From Nonlabens ponticola (GTDB taxonomy: Bacteria > Bacteroidota > Bacteroidia > Flavobacteriales > Flavobacteriaceae): 32,000 bases of DNA. The stretch is taken from assembly GCF_003966335.1 (NCBI RefSeq), contig NZ_CP034549.1, forward strand, positions 510,001 to 542,000. Direction: 5' to 3'. Each line of letters opens with the position of its first letter. Position 1 is the first letter of the stretch. Shown piece by piece: positions 28,017-32,000 of this stretch. The position numbers and the translations under genes are program-made. The notes beneath the pieces are model-generated. The model worked only from the letters and a program-made list of their open reading frames with translations. It did not search any database and was not told the DNA's origin.

Positions 28017-29108
28017 TCAAGAATTTATGATGCGTTTTAGATTATCGGTGAAATGTGACACTCGATAATGCTTTTTTGCACGAGAGTAATTATGCTTACC
28101 TATCCTTGACATTTCATCAGGATTTGAAGACAGCTTCTCGAGAGCATTAGTAATGCTTGCTGGGTTTCTTGCCTCCACAAAAAAGCCGTTTTCAGCTTCC
28201 ACAAAAATATCTGGAATACCAGAGTGAGGCGTTACTAGACATAAATTACCAGTTGCCATGGCTTCAAGGATAGATATGGGTTGACCTTCCATGGAATAAT
28301 ATGTAGGTAATATGAAGACGTTAGACCAAAGCAGCAGGTCTTTTTTCTGCTGGACATCGACCACGCCCACATATTGCGTGTATTGAAGGTCAGCAAATAA
28401 TTGATCAAACTCATGTGTTTTCTCGCTTGAAATATTACCAGCAATTCTGGCTTGATAGCTTATACCTTTTTCCTTTAGGATCTTGAGAGCAGCAAGCACG
28501 TCAAAAATCCCTTTTTCTTCCATTAGATTACTTAGATATACAATTTGCAGCTTGTTGTACTCTTTTTTGGCTATTACCTGCTGTGGTAGGAATAACTCGT
28601 CAATCACAAAGTTTTTTAGGCTGTAGATTTTTTCTGATTCTATGAAAGGCTCAAAATTAGGCTTGAGTGAATCTGATAGGACGATGCCTTTATCAGTTTG
28701 AGACATGAGGTGGTGAAACAGTAGTTTTTTAATGCCCGTGAGCATGTGATATTGCCTTCCCAAAAAATTGCCGTGGATATGCTGTATGATTTGGGCGCCT
28801 GTGATGCGCGCCATGAGAATGAATAGGCTGTATTTTACAACTCCAAAAAACGTTTGTCCTGGTGTCAAATAAAGAATGTCCTTGCCCAGTACCTTATAAA
28901 AAGACAATTGTAGCTTTAGATAAAACCATAGTTTTTTGGCGCTTATCGCGCCCAACTTTTCATTAAAGTCTGGAAAGCTGCTGTTGATGCTACTCACACG
29001 ATAGGCAGCGCCTCGTGACAATTGATCATAAACGACTTTATTTGCCAGCGACACACCTGTCGTAGGTTGCGGGAACGGTCCTATAATAAGTATTTTTTTA
29101 AGAGACAT
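28017..29108 (-). CDS. Family 4 (GT-B) glycosyltransferase
   Basis: ILIIGPFPQPTTGVSLAN occupies the N-terminus. The C-terminal E-x7-E-like region is YYSMEGQPISILEAMATGNLCLVT. I prefer the ATG at 29108. It is the first gene of the minus-strand run 29108->21613. Confidence 0.8.
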   Translation of the reverse strand: MSLKKILIIGPFPQPTTGVSLANKVVYDQLSRGAAYRVSSINSSFPDFNEKLGAISAKKLWFYLKLQLSFYKVLGKDILYLTPGQTFFGVVKYSLFILMARITGAQIIQHIHGNFLGRQYHMLTGIKKLLFHHLMSQTDKGIVLSDSLKPNFEPFIESEKIYSLKNFVIDELFLPQQVIAKKEYNKLQIVYLSNLMEEKGIFDVLAALKILKEKGISYQARIAGNISSEKTHEFDQLFADLQYTQYVGVVDVQQKKDLLLWSNVFILPTYYSMEGQPISILEAMATGNLCLVTPHSGIPDIFVEAENGFFVEARNPASITNALEKLSSNPDEMSRIGKHNYSRAKKHYRVSHFTDNLKRIINS

Positions 29109-29238
29109 CAATCGGCAATATAGCTAAGTGTTCTATTACGGCGGCAAGGTAAGGTAATCGTATGGCAGTAGGAATAGGGTCACATGATTTTACCTGACAT
29201 AACCGCTCTAGAGTTGTAGAGATGATGATTGGGATTAC

Positions 29239-29252
29239 GCTTTCGCGAAAGC
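29239..29252. repeat. HIP-like palindrome copy 10: GCTTTCGCGAAAGC (intergenic; flanks GATTAC...aTAAT)
   Basis: Read directly from the sequence. It lies in the 247-bp divergent region between the GT4 operon start (29108) and the ORF at 29356. Confidence 0.95.
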
Positions 29253-29355
29253 ATAATACATACAATCTTACCAACATTAAAAATGCCCGAGGTACGAGAA
29301 TTAGATTACCTCTCGTATAACTCGCAGATCATTGGATTTTATATAGTTTTACGGC

Positions 29356-30423
29356 ATGGCTAATATTGTCACATCTATTTGTGTTGATTCACCGCTTAAG
29401 AGCGATCAAAAGGGTTCACATTATCCACAATTGAAAAATCAAGATGATATACGCGCTGTTTATTGGCGTTGTGTGGTCACCTTTTGTATTACCGCGAGAT
29501 ATTTTCATCCAGATCAGTCTGTGATCGTTTATACCAACGACGATGAGCCGTTATTACTAGGTAACAATTATCATGTTCAAGAAGAATTGCTCAAAACGGG
29601 TGTTGAAATACGGCTGCTCGATTTTGAAACTTTTGATCCAGGTGAGTTTTCAAGTTCCTTTAGAAACGCATTTTTCAAGCTAGAGGTAATTAAGGCCTTA
29701 GGCAATTTGAAACAGCCGTCCATATTACTTGATAGTGATTGTATATGGACGCACCGTGATAGCAGTATTTTTGAGATCATCAGTACGAATGATAAACTAT
29801 TGCTCAAGGACACGTATCAAAGAAGTGCCACACCGCAACTTAAAGAGCCACATGGATTGAGCATGCAGGATATGAAAGAGGTGTATGAGCAGTTTGAGAT
29901 TGACGGCTTGTTCCTTAAAGTTGATTATCCTGTCTGGTATGGTGGCGAGATTATAGGTGCGACCGCGGCGACTTTAAAAGAGATCGCCCGCCGATTAGAG
30001 CTTACTTTCAATTATTGCTATGAACAGGCACAAGCAGGAAATCTTATCAAATTTAATAACGGGTATGCCATCTTTGATGGTGATGAACTTATAAGTTCTT
30101 ATGTATTCAATACGCTGGATCCAGATGTAATCATTGACATTTATGGCCTTCATGCTAGGCGTTTATGGACTGGAATAGGTTATAATAATGTCCAGCCAGA
30201 CGATATACACTTACCAATATGGCATTTACCCGCAGCAAAACAAGATGGGTTGCTGGCACTATTTCACGAACTTACTAATGCTTCTCAATCTAGATTTTTT
30301 GAAATGGACAGTGGTCTTGATCTGTTCCTGGGCAAATATTTTGGTATTCCTTATGGCAACTATCCCTTAATGAAAAAACCAATAAGGTTTATCAAGAAAA
30401 CTGTGCGTCGCTTTTTGAAATAG
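29356..30423 (+). CDS. Hypothetical protein, possible GT-A-like nucleotide-sugar transferase (DxD-like LLDSDCIW)
   Basis: 355-aa ORF with an ATG start, transcribed divergently from the GT4 operon and lying within a glycan locus. The only motif-level clues are VIVYTNDDEP and LLDSDCIW. I recognise no family. Confidence 0.6.
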   Translation: MANIVTSICVDSPLKSDQKGSHYPQLKNQDDIRAVYWRCVVTFCITARYFHPDQSVIVYTNDDEPLLLGNNYHVQEELLKTGVEIRLLDFETFDPGEFSSSFRNAFFKLEVIKALGNLKQPSILLDSDCIWTHRDSSIFEIISTNDKLLLKDTYQRSATPQLKEPHGLSMQDMKEVYEQFEIDGLFLKVDYPVWYGGEIIGATAATLKEIARRLELTFNYCYEQAQAGNLIKFNNGYAIFDGDELISSYVFNTLDPDVIIDIYGLHARRLWTGIGYNNVQPDDIHLPIWHLPAAKQDGLLALFHELTNASQSRFFEMDSGLDLFLGKYFGIPYGNYPLMKKPIRFIKKTVRRFLK

Positions 30424-31684
30424 CAGCTGTTACATCTATTGGAGTAATTGATATTGACTTCTTGTTTTTTCCTTTAAATACTTGGTAGAAAACAAAGGTG
30501 AAAAATGCAAAATATAAAACACCGTTTTCTCGCTCAAGAATGTTTTCTGAGAACATGATGAGCAGGTAAAAAGACACTACAGCTATAGCCAGATGCGCTT
30601 CTCTCTTTCTAAGCCTATAGAGTATAAAAAGCATTAAAACTATAAAGGTTATCGCTCCAATCGCTCCTACTCTCAAGAAAATACTCATAAACTGGTTATG
30701 GGTATTATACTTGTATTTGGCTAACGTTGGATTCTTTTCATTGTAACATTTCAATAACTCATCTTTTGCATCACCTACTCCATAACCAAAGAGACCTGCT
30801 TCTGGTGCGATGTCATTGACGCAATCAAATATGGCGACCCTAATATTAGTTGAAGACATTTGCTCACCGCTCGTTTGTCCAGAAATATTGAGCAATTCAG
30901 AGAATTTTCTATTGACTTTAGGTTGAAAAATGATCACACAGATAAACAACCCGCAAATGCTTGTTAGTGCGATAATCGCACTTTTATTCTTGTAAGCAAA
31001 AACGAGATAAAGCGCTGTTATAACCAGAGAAATAATCGGTCCTTTTTTTATTACAATAAGCATGAAACATGCGATAATGATACTCATGAAGATGAGGACA
31101 GCAAATGCCCATTTCTTTTTGAGCTTTGACAACAAATAGAAGGAAAACAAGATTGCTACCGCACCATGCATTGCTAGATAGATAGGGTGCAAATTGTAAG
31201 GGCCCAAATCCTTATTGATGACTGTCGGGAAATGCTGGAAAAGAGACATTCCATAATGTTCTATAAAAATGCACCAGAATATGATTAGAGTCAAGGTGAC
31301 CGAGACTATGTAAACCCAAAGAAATTGAGAGAAATTGCGCTTTATTTTTTCTATAACGGCGATAGGTAGCAAACCACTGAAAATAGGAATGATGAGCAAG
31401 GATAGACCTGTCTCCATCTTTCGCAGCCCTATTTCCATATTTTCTGTGTAGGATAGGCTTACAGCATATAAAATGTATAAAGCAGATCCAGCGATCATCA
31501 TGCGATAATCTTTTATACTGCGCTCTGGCTGTTTAAAAAATAAAAAAAGTGTGGTTGCTGTTATCAGCCCCAGCAAAATGTTGCGAGCAAAGTTGGGTAG
31601 CAGCGGCATTGTAAAAGCCACCATCAATAATGTATAGAGGTAGTTTTCGATACGATCGATTTTTAAAGTGCTACTTTGTGGCAT
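30392..31684 (-). CDS. O-antigen ligase / Wzy_C-family polytopic membrane protein (polymerase or ligase)
   Basis: It has about 10-11 TM helices, a larger loop and the family-typical HNQFMSIFLRVGAIGAITF (H-N-x-x-L...E/R-x-G-x-x-G) motif. Confidence 0.75.
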   Translation of the reverse strand: MPQSSTLKIDRIENYLYTLLMVAFTMPLLPNFARNILLGLITATTLFLFFKQPERSIKDYRMMIAGSALYILYAVSLSYTENMEIGLRKMETGLSLLIIPIFSGLLPIAVIEKIKRNFSQFLWVYIVSVTLTLIIFWCIFIEHYGMSLFQHFPTVINKDLGPYNLHPIYLAMHGAVAILFSFYLLSKLKKKWAFAVLIFMSIIIACFMLIVIKKGPIISLVITALYLVFAYKNKSAIIALTSICGLFICVIIFQPKVNRKFSELLNISGQTSGEQMSSTNIRVAIFDCVNDIAPEAGLFGYGVGDAKDELLKCYNEKNPTLAKYKYNTHNQFMSIFLRVGAIGAITFIVLMLFILYRLRKREAHLAIAVVSFYLLIMFSENILERENGVLYFAFFTFVFYQVFKGKNKKSISITPIDVTAAISKSDAQFS

Positions 31685-32000
31685 TCTTTTTTCTAGAGTA
31701 AATTATCATGTCTAGTACTTGTTCCATAGATTTAGGAAGCAAATACATACTAAATAAGGCGCCGCCTAAATAGGCTATACCATTGGTAAAATCACCCCTT
31801 AATAGCATGAGTAAATGCAATGCAAAATAGATCGCCATACATTGTTTAAGCAATTGGCCAGAAAGTAACCATTTTCTAAAATACATCATGGTTATCACCA
31901 ATAAAAACGCAAAAATGACCATTCCTATATGACCAAAGTTATCATAGGCTTCAGACACAAAAGGGTTTGACAAGTTGGTAAAGGTAAACCCATAATTGTC
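31671..32000 (-). CDS. C-terminal part of a polytopic membrane protein, EpsG/Wzy-like; 5' end lies outside the window
   Basis: The frame stays open to nt 32000 (...DNYGFTFTNLSNPFVSEAYDNFGHIGMVIF...), so the TTG at 31973 in the ORF track is probably internal. The SEAY.NFG..G block resembles EpsG/O-antigen polymerase C-termini. It overlaps the next gene by 14 nt. Confidence 0.5.
   Translation of the reverse strand, partial: DNYGFTFTNLSNPFVSEAYDNFGHIGMVIFAFLLVITMMYFRKWLLSGQLLKQCMAIYFALHLLMLLRGDFTNGIAYLGGALFSMYLLPKSMEQVLDMIIYSRKKNATK

Noticed and set aside
3177-29252. The palindromes as a CRISPR-like or other tandem repeat array
   Set aside because: The repeats are 14-20 bp and about 3 kb apart, and they are embedded in intact housekeeping CDSs. 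There are no short spacers, no leader and no cas genes.
3177-29252. The palindromes as REP/MITE elements or intrinsic terminators
   Set aside because: Eight of the ten copies are in-frame parts of coding sequences with no insertion-like length increase. No T-tract follows them, and there are no flanking target duplications or longer shared element bodies.
3177-29252. The palindromes as parS (ParB) sites
   Set aside because: They resemble parS only superficially (TTTC..GAAA arms). The half-site CGCTTTCG differs from the canonical TGTTTCAC, and ten copies in 32 kb within ordinary genes is not parS-like. ParB-family binding cannot be fully excluded without an experiment.
1-32000. Mobile elements, tRNA/rRNA genes, prophage or defence islands
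   Set aside because: I recognised no transposase, integrase, tRNA cloverleaf-like sequence, long direct repeat or phage genes. Only the truncated DUF2075 gene hints at accessory DNA to the left of the window.

Overview
This 32 kb window looks like chromosomal DNA from a Flavobacteriia-type Bacteroidota genome. The evidence is tightly packed genes without obvious Shine-Dalgarno sites, TAnnTTTG-type promoter boxes, and the gene content. I found no rRNA, tRNA, CRISPR array, transposase or integrase.

Gene content, left to right:
- 1-1373: the 3' two-thirds of a DUF2075-type P-loop NTPase, broken by a single in-frame TGA.
- 1.4-5.0 kb: a secreted DUF5694-like protein, a LytS/LytTR two-component pair and a TlpA-like thioredoxin.
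- 5.1-7.0 kb: a ybdL-yafV transaminase/omega-amidase pair.
- 7.0-16 kb: an Ig-like lipoprotein, comF, a coiled-coil membrane protein, glyQS, a small secreted protein and a 1135-aa outer-membrane beta-barrel protein.
- 16-20 kb: GT9, a DUF4254-like protein, a polytopic membrane protein, a small membrane protein and purD.
- 20.3-32 kb: a surface-polysaccharide locus with a CapK-like ligase, GT2, a WcaJ-like initiating transferase, UDP-xylose synthase, WcaI, WcaF, a secreted SGNH hydrolase, GT4, an unassigned DxD protein and two Wzy/O-antigen-ligase-like membrane proteins.

The most unusual signal is not a gene. The 14-bp perfect palindrome GCTTTCGCGAAAGC occurs 8 times exactly and twice with one mismatch. 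Several copies extend toward (GAT)TACGCTTTCGCGAAAGCGTA(ATC). Eight of the ten copies lie inside unrelated intact CDSs, in all three reading frames, and two are intergenic. Their spacing is unexpectedly even, at about 3 kb. This resembles a highly iterated palindrome (HIP-like) that acts at the DNA level. I cannot identify the mechanism or function from sequence alone.

I see no complete, clearly novel multi-gene system such as a defence island. The DUF2075 fragment at the left edge may belong to something upstream of the window.
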